From assembly GCA_023920165.1 (NCBI GenBank), contig CP089275.1, positions 4,154,001 to 4,218,000 of the forward strand: a stretch of DNA of 64,000 nt, in the 5' to 3' direction. Under the pieces are notes generated by a model. The model was not told the DNA's origin and searched no databases. It saw nothing but the letters and a program-made list of their open reading frames with translations. A program made the translations under genes and the position numbers. Source of the DNA: Curvularia clavata. Its lineage: Eukaryota. Positions 37,392 through 49,799 of this stretch are shown one piece after another (positions within the stretch are counted from its first letter, which is position 1; each line of letters opens with the position of its first letter).

Positions 37392-39753
37392 GGCTTCGAG
37401 AAAAAGGGATGAGCGGATCCTTCTGACAATACGAATCCAGCAATCGATACGCTACATACTTGGGCACAGATCAGTGCTCCGATGAACTATTGAATTCCAT
37501 AATCCGGGGTGCATGTTCCCGCCATATACCCCCCACGTTCTGCGCCAGGGCCATTCAATATGCATTGTTTTCCAGAAAGCGGTGTCTCCCCGCAAGATGG
37601 CTTTCGCATTTGGGTCCCATTGCGGGAGTTGTGCGGCTGCTCACTTTTCAGTATAGGGGAGAGACCTAGTGTTGATAGAGATATATGGGAGATGTTATGA
37701 TCGACACAAGGAACCCGAGAAATTTGGGTCACCCCTAGGATCACCTGGAAAACAGAACAACGGTTGCAAGGCAGGTGTTGCGAAACAAAGATTGAGGATA
37801 ATTGTTAGGATTGCGCGTCAGTTTCACCAGAAGCCAAAGTGTTTGAGCGGAGCTATAACATGGGGACGTATAAGGCAGGCGAAGATGGTTTAAGATGAGC
37901 ATGCAAAGACTGATACTGAGACCATTCGAGCTGAGTCCAATTGTGTGATGGGGATGAAGGATGCAAGCCCGCACAAGCTTGGGCCAGGTTATTTACGACG
38001 CCTCGTCGACCAAAGACCGCATTCATGTCCGTCGTCAATGCAACCACGCAGCTCTCTGCTGCTTTTGATGGCGAACGAGCTCAGTGGCACTGTGCCAACC
38101 CAGAGGCGATGGCTATAGCAGCAGTCAACATATGGAAGCTCTGGTAAGACGACTGGTTTGAAATGACGGCTGGATTTATGCGTCGACATGATCAAGGCAG
38201 CTGCAGCATCCGGGTCAGGTGCCCGGAGGCGTGGTGGTAAGAAGGCAGGCATGGCGACGGTGGGAGGATCGACACAACGGCCATGCGTGTTCCCGGTGTC
38301 AGTCAACGTGGGGCTGGGACTGAAGTGGGCATGGCATGGCATGCAAAGCAGAGGGTTACAAACAACGGCTGGCTTGGCACACGTACGGCTGAACGGCTCT
38401 AGGGTAACGTCTCGGCCTCGTGGTGGAGTTCGCTTCGTTTCGGACTCGCCTTAGCGCGCCCGACTAGGGCCGAACGGGCGCTCGACACCTCGACGACAAG
38501 CGCCACAGCTGCCTTTACCTACATCACGCAGCACCCTCCAGAAGATCCAAAATGACCTGGTTCGTATCCTCGCACGCCCCGGACGCCGCCATCATCCTTG
38601 AGCAGCAGCTCCACTCACCAAAACTAGTCGTCCTGACGCTACCCGCCAGCTGCTAGTCCCATTGCGAGCCTCACAGATCCCCCTTCCAGCCCCCCCCCCC
38701 CTCCTCTCCTTCAGTCATCACGGCCCGAACAGCGCTCCATGGGCACGCCTACGCGCCTCGCCATTGACTTGTTCACGACAGATTTTTCATGCCCAATTTC
38801 CTTTCCTTCTAGACGAGTCTTGGCGCCATCTCCCGTCGGCCGTGCACGTGGAATGCCTTGATTCCTAGAGCCGTGAAACGCGAAACGTCGCCCGGGGCTC
38901 TGCCTCTGGCCAGCCTCGTTTCCTATCTGGTAGACGCCTTCTCGCTCACGGTTGCGTTCGCCCACAGTTCCCACCGCCTGTGACCCCTCTTCAGGCTACG
39001 GCGATCCGCCGGATTCGCCACGTCACGTTTCAGAAATCTCTTGCGCCCATGATGCTCCAACACTACAAGTCTCGGATGAGGCCCCCAGGCTCTTCCCGTT
39101 CCTTTACCGTCCCCTCATTTACGAGTGATGTCCTGTGATCGCAGCCACAATGTGGGGCTATACTGACTGCAATTATGGCCAGCCTCATCGACAATCGGCC
39201 AGGAAGAGCTGCCTTCGCCGGCCGAGGTCTACTCGATGGCCGCACAGCCAATCAAAGCCGCCGTCTCGTTGTATCAGAGCCTGCCCAGCTACCCCTGCTG
39301 CGCTTTGGCAGTGTACATTATTTTGGCGGCTCGATATGTACTTGCCCTAGCTAGCATGCACAGATGTTTATGGGGCTGAACACCACTGGGCGAATGAGAC
39401 ATTTCCAGTACACCATACCCTTACCCGGTCTGGCTTCCCGATGGCCTGTCGAACCTACTAGCCAAGGGTTGGTACATGGGAAGGTACATGGGAAGCGCGA
39501 CAGGCAGGCTACTTGCTTGTCGCCTAGTATGTAATGAGTATGAAGCTCATTATATCAACCCTTTTCTGCAATAGTGTCCCTCTTTTGTCGATAAGAGCTG
39601 GTCTCTGAGTCTGTCGTTACCTCTGCATGTGTAGTGGCGCAGGCCTCGCCCTCATATCGCCTTGCTTTATTGCTTCGAGTAGTTCCCACAATTCTGGAGA
39701 CGCTCTTTACTACTATTTGCTTTTCTTCTGATACCTTCCTTCTGATTGCCATC

Positions 39754-41514
39754 ATGGCGCAAACTGCTTCCCCGCCCGTACTTGCACCGCGATTGCCGGA
39801 TCCCTCAAGCCATACCGACTTTACTGACTACGCTGTCACTGCAAAAGCACTCGCCACGTCCAAAAAGTATATGCACGATCTGTTCCCAGGCCAGAATAAG
39901 CCTCTGCCCCTTCCAAAGGTCACAGAAGCACCAAACCTATCCGACTACCCGAACGCTTCACCCAATGGACGACAACGGCACGCCACGGAGGAGCGGCTCG
40001 CAGTCCCAGAGGTTGACGACATAATGGACCGGCGATCGCTCGAGTGCTTGATCATGCTCGATGAATCGTCTTTCGGCGAAAACGATATGATTTTGCCTTC
40101 ATCCAGCTTTACTACGCCGTCTTCTCCTTCACCTAAGCGTCGCGACAACTCAGCCCAGGCAACACCTAAACGGAAGCATTCGGTCACTGGTTCTAGCTAT
40201 CCCAACAAGACAAGACGTTCTCTTCTCCAGCTTCCACAGGGAGTGCTGGGGCATATACTGGCCTACGTTTTTGCTGAAGAACGAGCCGTCTCCATTACGC
40301 CATATCAGTCACGAATCACACCCCAACGCCACCGACATCGCCATGGACCCAATGCTGTCGACATTCGCTCAGTCATGATGCACCCTGCCTTGCGCGTCTG
40401 CCATCAGATGCGAGCTATAGGATTGAACATCCTGTACCGCGACAGTCTGTTCCTTATCGATCTGTGTGATGCAGGCAATACTCCACGCACGAATGAAAGA
40501 GACGCTGGCAAATTCTGGCATTGCTGGACAGATGCAAAGCCTCCTCAGATGGTTCTTTCCGTGCTCACTCAAGCTTCCAATTTGCGCTTTCAGCTTCCTG
40601 TCTCTATTGCGGATGCCACTACGGTGCATGGAACGATGAAGAGAAAAAAGGACTTCCACGAGGATGGTTGCATTGTTTTGGAATCTCTACGCAATATCAC
40701 GACTCTGATCACCGGTATACCCATGTTCTCACAATCCTCAAGACCCCATTCATCGAGCCCAACAGCGCCCAAGGCTCTGCGTCGGAAGCTCAGTCTGCGC
40801 GGGTCAAAGCGTCGTGAGTCGTTGGAGTTTGTGTGCCGTGGGGACGCCCTTCAATCTCCGCCCAGGGAGCCACTGAGCACGCTCGAAATCGTCCTGGTAA
40901 AGCCAGCTGGGACAGTGGAGGCTCCCATCCAGATGCTAGAGATGATTGCAATCTGCAGTGTCATCCCTGTCTGGGACAACCTCGAATACCACCTCGAGTT
41001 CGAAGGGTTCCGAAAGCTCTGGGCAAAGCGAACAATGGGAAAGTGGTTGGGCAATGAGCCCGATGCTGCAAAACTGCTACAAGGTACGTTCTGAAACAGT
41101 TGCACAAAGAGGTTGCATTTCACCGCAAGAAGAAAAAAATGCTAACATTTTCTTTTTTTTTCTGATTTAGATCTTCGAGCTCTAGGACAACCTCAACCAA
41201 TGAACGAGTACTCACAACAATTTGGTGGCATCAACCAGGAGTTTCAGGGACAGCGAGGTTCGATAGTGGACATGGTTCATAGGCACAGGTCCAGACCTAC
41301 TCAAGATTCCATCGATGGTGTGACCCATAGGTATCTGCAAGCGCCGTCAAAAGGCTCTCGCAATGCGAGAACGTCAAAGGAGGGCAGTGTGGCGCGGAGG
41401 ATCAGGGAGATGGAGAATTTTTCTAAGATTTCGCTGTCCAGAGGTGGCAAACAACCACCGACGGTACAACAACTTCAGCGGATTGCGTCGGATATACGGC
41501 GAGGAGTTTACTAA
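39754..41514 (+). CDS. Hypothetical fungal protein with an F-box-like LLQLPQGVLGHILAYVF segment, 2 exons
   Basis: Long ORF 39634..41094 joined via intron 41084-41170 (GTACGT..GCTAAC..TAG) in frame to ORF 41200..41514. Confidence 0.7.
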
Positions 41515-41554
41515 GCTTCGCGCCATGAATAACGACCATTTTATGAGATGTTTG

Positions 41555-41576
41555 TGCTGCTGCTGCTGCTGCTGCT
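41555..41576. repeat. (TGC)7 microsatellite between two convergent genes
   Basis: tgctgctgctgctgctgctgct. Confidence 0.9.
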
Positions 41577-41689
41577 TGTGATGTTGAGAGAGGAGAGTGC
41601 GTGCTTGGTCATTATGTCTATTGTACCAGGTCTAGTATGCGTCTTTGAACTTGTTTGCATGTATCCTATGCCATGGATCATCACTCCTA

Positions 41690-43234
41690 TCATGCCTTAC
41701 CGTCTGAAAACTGGACGACAGCCCATTTGCCGCTCCATGCCCACTTTCGTGCTCCACTGTCTCCACCACCTCCCTCCATGGCCCTGAGGCGCTCGTCTTC
41801 GCCTTCTGGCAAACCAACCACGACGTCAGCCTTGCAAGTGCGGAGCGCTAGGACACGAAGGCCTGAGGCGGGGCCCATGGGCCCAATGGCGTCTGTGAAT
41901 GGCGTCGTAGCGGGCCAAGCAGCCTGTCATGAGGTTAGCGATGTGGGAAGGGAAGTGATTAACAACACTTACATCAGCAGTCAGCTTTCGGTAATTTAGG
42001 TCGCCTTTGAAGATGACCAACTCGCTCTCCTTCAAGTCATTGTAAAGCTCGGGTTCCGTCTTGGGCAGTCGCCAGTAGCTTCCAGCCGCAGTCCAGAAAT
42101 CGTTGGGTCGCAGCATCAACTGGCCTTCAGCATGCATCGTACTCCAGTGCTGGAACAAGAATTTCAGGTTGGCGCTCTCGGTCTCTGACAGAGGTACAGC
42201 CTGCTTCCCATTGTGCTTTTCATCGTCTGAAAGCGCTTCGTAGAAGCTGTGTGGATCGGCCAAGGCGGAGAGAAGGGCACCAAAGTCGGCTGGTAAAACA
42301 TCCGAGACAAACCAAGGGATGGATTTGGGGTGGAATACGACATTGGTAGCGAGGCCAGATGCAATGAGATAGCCAGCTAGGATGAGATCGACGAACAGCT
42401 CGAATCCGGCGTTGTCGAGAACAATGTCGACTCGCCTTCCTTTCTTCCCCTGCTTCTGTGCGGCAGTAAGCACCTTGAAAGCCTTGTCCAAGTCGTTCAC
42501 CAGAATGTTTTTTTCAGAGTTTTTGCGCGCTTCAGAGCCTTGCAGCTTCTGGATGTCTTCATACGACAGGTTTGTCAGGAGCGAAAGGTCTGTCGCGTTG
42601 CCCCATAGGCAAATCTCGCACATTTCGGTGAAGAGAACCTTCTCGGCAGCCTCAAGCTGTTCTTGGGTCTCGGCGCCGCTGATGGTCTTTTTCTGCTCAA
42701 ATTCGGTGACAATGTCCTTGTAACGCGCAGCGAGTTCGAGTACTGCGGGGCGAGAAGACTTGAATGTCGACATTTTCTGGCGGGCGAAGATGTCATAGGA
42801 ACGCCAGGCGTCGGTCTGTTTAAAGATGCTCGATATGCGCCTTTCTATGGCTGTCAGTCTCTTCCTGTAGTACCCATTGATAGTACGTACCTGTACAGAT
42901 AGCACTCGGCGTAGAGCCAAGGCACGTCGTGCCATTTGGGATTCCCTCTGGCTGCTAATTCCTTGTTGTATGCCTCGACGTCGGACTCGCCGTCATTGGG
43001 GATGGGTGTCAGCTCGCGGTCGTGCTGCAATTCGTACTTGAGCTTGGCCAGTTCAGAGACAATCTGTTTGCCTTGGCTGATGGCCGCCTCGTCCTTGGTG
43101 TCGTGCAGGGAGCGATGAACATCATCAATGCCTTGTGTTATGATGATGGGCCACCTTGAGCGCGCTGAAGTGTGGGCGAACGACGTAGGGTCGCTTGTGC
43201 TGTACTGTGGTACGGGGAATGTGTCAAACTCCAT
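41690..43234 (-). CDS. ARMT1/DUF89 damage-control metal-dependent phosphatase (YMR027W-like), 3 exons
   Basis: RWPIIIT, PWLYAECYLYRR, CLWGNATDLSLL, IVLDNAGFEL, HPKSIPWFVSDV, IFKGDLNYRKL, LRTCKADVVVGL. Confidence 0.92.
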
Positions 43235-44113
43235 ATTGGCGGCGCAATTGTCTGGTTCAAGAGTACAACGAAGGCTTGATAGTCGGTTGCGCCAGACATT
43301 CAATTATAACCATGGCGGGGCCCGGAGGACGCGCTCAGTCGTCGCCAACTTATTTAGTGGGGTCGCCCGGAATTGCTGCTTTCGGCTTAGCGAGGTGATT
43401 CGCTTGCGGTATAGCTTCCGCATCTCATCACTCTGAGGATCCGTCTTGTGAACAACATATACGGTTTGCAGACAACCATCTTAGGATTACTGGTAATATA
43501 TCTAATATGTTGACGTAATGATGTTTTACTTCATTTTGTCTATTACCTGAAATGGAAGTTTAACCTACCTTCTTCATCAAATGCCACCAACCCAAGAAGA
43601 GAACAGTGCTGGCACGAGTAAATCTCTTAAAGGAAGCGCGAGGTACCTGTAAAGTGTCGTCGATAGCTTCCACGTGAGCACCGGATTCGCGATTTGTAGA
43701 AATTTGCCCAGTTGGAGAAGTCATTCTACAAGCGTCGCCCCAGTGATGGGCTCGTTGGCCATGAAGTTCGCCAGTCGTCATGCCAAATACACTCAGCTTG
43801 AGATCACGATCTGGAGTCTCTTCCAACTTTCCATCTATGAGGAGCAGGCCGACCACTTTCATGTTGGTGTATTGTTCCGTAAGACATCCCAAGTATGACG
43901 CTTCCACGGAGACGCCCAGACGTTCCCAGAGACTATCTTTACCCTTGAATCTTTGCTGAACTCGTTCATGTAGTAGCCAGTGTGCTCACGTTTCTTGAAA
44001 CTAGTAGTTCATCACAGGTACTACACTGCTGCGTAAGTGTATCTGACAATGCCAGAGCACCAATCAAACATCCTATTCTGACAGCTTCGCGTCGATAGCT
44101 AGCGGTCCATATG

Positions 44114-45031
44114 TTATTCGTCCATCAGCTCCAGTACACGTGTGTTCTTGACAGTACACTCCCCGTCCCCGACACAGCCGAGACTAGCCCTGATATGACC
44201 CCGATCGCCATTGCCTCGCATTTCAGCGATAATAGTAGCAGCCGTCTCGCACGATATCAGCAGTCCGGCGTCGAAGGATCTCTCCTTTGGTGCAGAGACT
44301 GGAGGGCAAAAACAGCTGGTTGTGTTGGGGCACTCTGCATCATCCTGGAGCATGGGAAAACTGGGGGCGCTAGGGTCATGAGTATCGCCGTCTGCTGGTC
44401 TGCAACAAGACAGATGATCAGGAATAGCTGGCGCAGCAGGCTTTTGTAATGTCGAAGTCACGGTTGCGGTTCCATGTTTGCCGGAACCAGAGTCAGTGCT
44501 CACGACATCAGAGCAGGGTTCGTCGGTGCGCTGAGGTTCTGCGCGTGGTTGCGCAGGAGGCTGAAGAGTCGATGGAGCCAGTGGTGTGACTGGAGTTGGC
44601 ATAGGGGACTGTCTAGCAGGTGGCATGCGCCAATGTACATGGTTCGTGGCTACACTCTGGACCGTTGGAGCTCCTTGGGGTTGTGTCTGCGCAGGCAAAG
44701 CAGGCCGGCTGGGAGCAGTGCCAAGGTCAAAGGAGCGTAAATACGCCTCGACCTCGTCGCGCGTCACACCACGACTTGCGAGCAGACTCCTCAATCGCGA
44801 ATTCTCTTCTGCGACTTTGCGTGCTGCGCGCTGCATCTCCTGGGTGGCGGCGACGCCTTTTAGTTCATACTCTTGGACCCGGCGCTGCAAGTCCTGGATG
44901 AGCTCCTTGCGCTGGTTGCGAGAACGCCTCTGGTTCTCGCGGATGCGAATTGAGGATGGTGTGTCACTACCCTGCTAGCGATTTAGCCACAGGCTGCCAG
45001 TACGAGTGTGCTAACCCACCTTCTTGGACAT
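44114..45031 (-). CDS. bZIP-type transcription factor with Cys-rich C-terminal domain, 2 exons
   Basis: MSKK-intron-GSDTPSSIRIRENQRRSRNQRKELIQDLQRRV..EENSRLRSLL basic/zipper region; C-terminal ISCETAATIIAEM..LGC..CTVKN. Confidence 0.8.
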
Positions 45032-45717
45032 GTTCAGAGGTTGGTGGATGGCTGCCGGGTGTTGTTGGAGTGCATAAGAGCCGCGTGGGGGGCTGGCGCT
45101 ACTAAGGAACCAAGCCTCCGTCTCCACCATCACCAGTCAGTCCATTGCACTTCTTCTTTGCGTGATTGTACATGACCAACATGAAGATCAGCTTTTTCTT
45201 TAGCACACCTGAAGCCATGCTATCTCAAGCCAATCCTCAATGTGCGTGCCCAAATGCACATATACCGGCCCTGCCGCTGGTGCCCCGCCCGCATGGTGCT
45301 ATCGCCGGCAGTAAGCCTCAAACACCTTCCGCATTGGTTCTACACTTGCATACGCCTCGCGTGTCCCACTCTTTCTACAGTACACCAGCCCATCAGCCAA
45401 GTCGTGGTACAGTAGACAAGTGACGAAAAGCACGCTTGGCAATCTTGGCTCTGTCCCGTCTACCGCTCCCTTCCCTTGCGGTAATGCATTGCGTCGTCAT
45501 GGCGGCATCAAGGCAGATACCTGTAGTCGCCGGTGCTGCAATAGCACATGCACCTTGTCCTAACCAGGAAGCTCACTCATGGCCTATGGCCGGCTGGGAA
45601 AATGTATACCCATCCCGACGAGACTGTTATAAGAAACCAGAAATCCCTCTCATCTAACGCCTGTCCGCCTCCAAGTACGCCTCAGCGGCATTGTGCCTTT
45701 CTCCGTTGACTGCCAAA

Positions 45718-47847
45718 ATGGTCACATCTCAGCTTCCTTGGTTAGGATCTGCCGCTCTGCTGAGTGGTCTTGTCCATGCTCAGTTCCCTCCAACACCACA
45801 AGGCGTGACAGTCATTAAATCACAATTCGAGGAAGGCGTCCGCATCTCTTACAAGGAGGCATGTCATTCACCGGCCGCTTTCCTTGACTCCGCTTTCTTA
45901 CCGTATTTCTAGACCAAACTCTGCGAGACTACAGAAGGTGTTCGGAGCTTCTCTGGCTACGTCCATCTCCCAGCCGGCGCGCTCGCCGACTTGGGCGTCC
46001 AGAACCAGACATATGAGATCAATACACATTTCTGGTTCTTCGAATCTAGAAAGGATCCTGAGAATGCACCTTTGTCGATTTGGATGAATGGTGAGCGATA
46101 CATTGAGGACCTTCTGCATTATTGTCTAACGTTTGACTAGGTGGACCCGGTTCCAGTTCCATGCTCGGGCTCTTGCGCGAAAACGGGCCTTGCTATGTCA
46201 ATTCAGATTCTAACAGTACCTACATCAGCGAGTGGTCATGGAACAACGAAGGTCAGCAGACCCAGAGTTTACCGGGGAAATGTTTGCTAACAGGACCTAG
46301 TGAACATGTTGTACCTTGACCAGCCCGTTCAGGTCGGTCTTAGTTACGACAGCCTAGTAAACATCACCAACAACCTAGACACGGGTGAGCTGACAGTCGT
46401 GGATTTTGATAAAAGCCCGGTTCCTGCACAGAACAACAGTTTTTACGTTGGCACTTACCCTAGCCAAAACTCAAACCTAACCACTCGGGGAACTGAAAAC
46501 TCTGCACGAGCGCTATGGAACTTCGCTCAAGTCTGGTTCCAAGAGTTTCCCGAACACAAGCCCAATGATAACAGAATATCCATTGCCACAGAGTCATACG
46601 GTGGCCGCTATGGACCCGCTTTTGCCGCTTACTTCCAGGAGCAGAATGAGAAAATTGAAAACGGAACCTGGAGTGAAGCTGGAGAAACTCATATCCTCAA
46701 TCTTGATACGCTATTGATTATCAATGGTTGCATCGATCGCTATGTGCAATGGCCAGGATACCCAATCATGGCCTACAACAACACGTATGGCATCAAGGCT
46801 ATCAATGAAAGCCGCTATGAAGAAGCGCTTGATAATTTGTACCGCAAAGGAGGATGCCTAGACCAGATTGAAGAGTGCAGAAATCTCAGCATTGCGTACG
46901 ACCCAACCAACCAAGGCTTCAATGCCACTGTCAACAAAGTATGCCAGGCTGCGGAAACCTTCTGTTCCGAGACTATCCGTGATCCTTATTTCGACACCGA
47001 CCTGAACTATTACGACGTATCTGCACCCGGTGCCGCAGCATTTCCCCCGCCCTGGTATCAAGGTTTCCTCAATCAGCCCCACGTACAGCAGGACCTCGGC
47101 GTGCCGCTTAACTGGACCCAATCCAACTCTGCAGTATCAAAATCATTCCGTAGCATAGGAGATTATCCACGACCTGGCTGGAAAGAGGACTTGGCATACC
47201 TGCTCGAGGAAGGTATCAAAGTCACACTGGTGTACGGTGACCGCGACTATGCCTGCAACTGGTATGGCGGAGAGCTCCTCTCGCTCGCGATTCCCTACGA
47301 GAACGCAACTTCGTTTGCCAATGCAGGATATGCCCCTGTGATTGTTAATGAGACTTATATTGGAGGCCAGGTACGCCAGTATGGAAATTTGTCCTTCACG
47401 CGCGTATACGAAGCCGGCCATGAAGTACCGGCATATCAACCAGAGACCGCCTACAAAATCTTCATGCGTGCCCTTTTCAACCGGGACATCAGCACGGGCA
47501 ATGTCTCTACTGCCGATAACCCTAGCTATGCAACTGAAGGACTGAGCAATGTCTTCAATATCACCAACCAACCCATCATCGACGAAGGTACCCAGTGCTA
47601 CGTTCTAGACCCTGGCCAGTGCACTAAAGACCAGTGGGCGTCTGTAATGAATGGCACTGCTCTTGTTCGCAACTGGATCGTTGTAGATGCCAACACGAGT
47701 TATCTTTTTCCAGACCTAATGACTAATGGCACTGGGGGAAATGGAACACTACCATCCTCTACTGGAGCTGCATCAGCTGGCTCTATTGTCAGTGCTGCTG
47801 CCAAAGCATCGTTCATAGCGATCATTGGGGGCTTTTTGATGGCGTAG
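45718..47847 (+). CDS. Secreted serine carboxypeptidase (peptidase S10), probably GPI-anchored, 4 exons
   Basis: Signal peptide, [26 protein letters not shown], catalytic [21 protein letters not shown]; Ser/Gly-rich then hydrophobic C-terminus. Confidence 0.93.
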
Positions 47848-48232
47848 GGCCTTCAAGTTGAGGTACCAAGTCAATCTTTCCCAATACTTCAGCAATAGCT
47901 CCAAACACCTTACTTGTCAACCTAAACAACATTGTCCAAATCCTTGAGCGAATTATTGTTCATTGGGTCAGGCTGGCCTGGTTTTTGGTGCAAGCAAGCA
48001 TTGATTGTGCGCAATGATGTATTGGATATATCATTCTAGCGTACAGGTCCTCCGCGCATTTCAAGGCATTTCGGAATTTACTTGATGTTTTGAGTAACAG
48101 TTTCTATGACAATTGTTATGGTTTGTCGAGCTACCGTGACGTCATGACTTTATAGCTCAGCTACCACGACATATACATGTGCATGTTATCCTTAGTATCG
48201 CCGAACCTTTTTCTCACGCACAGTTTACAAAC

Positions 48233-48823
48233 ATGTCTCGAAGCACGTACTCCGCATTTCAAAAGCATTTGTTATTCTTCTCCACACCCACAACTCCACC
48301 AAGACTTACGTTCGGATCCGCCCTGCGGGCAGGTGTGTCACTTGGGTTGGACTTCCCTGTCGCAGTCTTTCTGAGTCTGTCGTTGAGGCTGCTCTATGCA
48401 CCATTCCCTTACTTTTGGTCTCCTATCATTGTCGACAAGATCCCGGCTTCGTCCCATCGCACTCAATTAGAAAAAGCCACACTTCGAAAGGGGAAATCCG
48501 ACTACACCTGCTCTGAACTATTGTCTCTTTTGCAGCAGAGTGAAGACGGGAAACGTGAGAAGGGATGGCTGTCGCACAAGATTGACCAAGGCCACATTGT
48601 TGGGTTTTGGACAATGGCAGCAGACACAAGCTCGCATACTGTCAGCAAAGAGGATGTTGAAAGGTTTCAGCAAGGCAATTGGGAAGACGCGGTGGTTGAG
48701 AGACGAAGAGGACTGAGCGACGTATTGCCGCTATGGAGAGGTGGACCTATTTGGGTGGGTGGCCATAGCTGGGCTGTACAGAAATTACTAGGCGTGAAAG
48801 TCTACAAAGCCAAGGGAGAGTAG
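48233..48823 (+). CDS. Small protein with degenerate caleosin/peroxygenase-like pattern
   Basis: AFQKHLLFF, central hydrophobic stretch then PFPYFWSP, YTCSELLSLL, VSKEDVERFQQG; resemblance judged by eye only. Confidence 0.55.
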   Translation: MSRSTYSAFQKHLLFFSTPTTPPRLTFGSALRAGVSLGLDFPVAVFLSLSLRLLYAPFPYFWSPIIVDKIPASSHRTQLEKATLRKGKSDYTCSELLSLLQQSEDGKREKGWLSHKIDQGHIVGFWTMAADTSSHTVSKEDVERFQQGNWEDAVVERRRGLSDVLPLWRGGPIWVGGHSWAVQKLLGVKVYKAKGE

Positions 48824-49799
48824 TGGTGGGCCAATCTTGTCTATAAGAGGGTACAAAAGAAGCATTAAAAACAATTTGCAGTTTGAGAAATTCCGTTGGC
48901 GCGCCACAATGCTCATCACATTTTCCACAGAACGAAAACAACATATCGTAGTGCGCGTTTATGTAATCTCAATCTGCCTTATTTCCCCGGGCTGAAGTTT
49001 GATCTGCGTGCTCGGAACTGATTCGGAACTGATCCACCACCTCCACAAGAAAAAGTAAACGGCTATGACGACGGTCAGACTGGCCCATTGGGACCCATAA
49101 TTGTGGATACTCTAGGTGCAAAAGACATCTAGATGTACATTTGTATTCCAATGCCTCGATGCGAAAGGGCGCTTATAATTGCACTATAATTCGAGGGGAA
49201 AAATAGTAGTCTTGATAAGAATATAAAGGTGAAACAGAGATAAGAACACAAGTGATCTGAGCGTCGTGCGCAAGTGTTTGTTTTTACCTCGTTGAGCGCA
49301 TGCACCAGCGACCTTCTGTGTGCGTCGGGACCGTGACTTGGCTGCTTCAATCCATTTGTATCATGTCACGATTTTTACAGGTTTTGAGAGGTCTGGACGC
49401 TATCAGGTCCACACTTTTGATAGTGGCCGATGCCCAAGCCCGACAGACCCGCTTTTTCTTCTTGCAGAGTCAATGCGATTGAGCACTTATGTAAACATTG
49501 TTAATCCACCTTCTCAGATGAATGGTAAAGATCTCTTTCGAAAAGGAGGCGTTGGGTCTTTCGTCCCGATCGCAAATTCGTATTCGCCTCATCACTCATT
49601 TAGTTCGGCGAGAAACGCTGTTTTTGCACTTGACATCACAAAATCCTCACTGTCGAGAATAGCGTACGGCTGTTCATTCGCATTTCAGTTTCGAAAAGTT
49701 GCAGGCAACCTCAGATCTACGACAAAGTGTACCAAGGTTGTGAGCGGTGGTCGTTGCGGTCGATTCAACCAAGAATTGGGAACCTGAAGGGATCGCAGT

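Noticed and set aside
43560..43970. Short ORFs on both strands between the ARMT1-like and bZIP genes
   Set aside because: Non-ATG starts or very short, with no recognisable domain or convincing splice model; a gene relic cannot be excluded.
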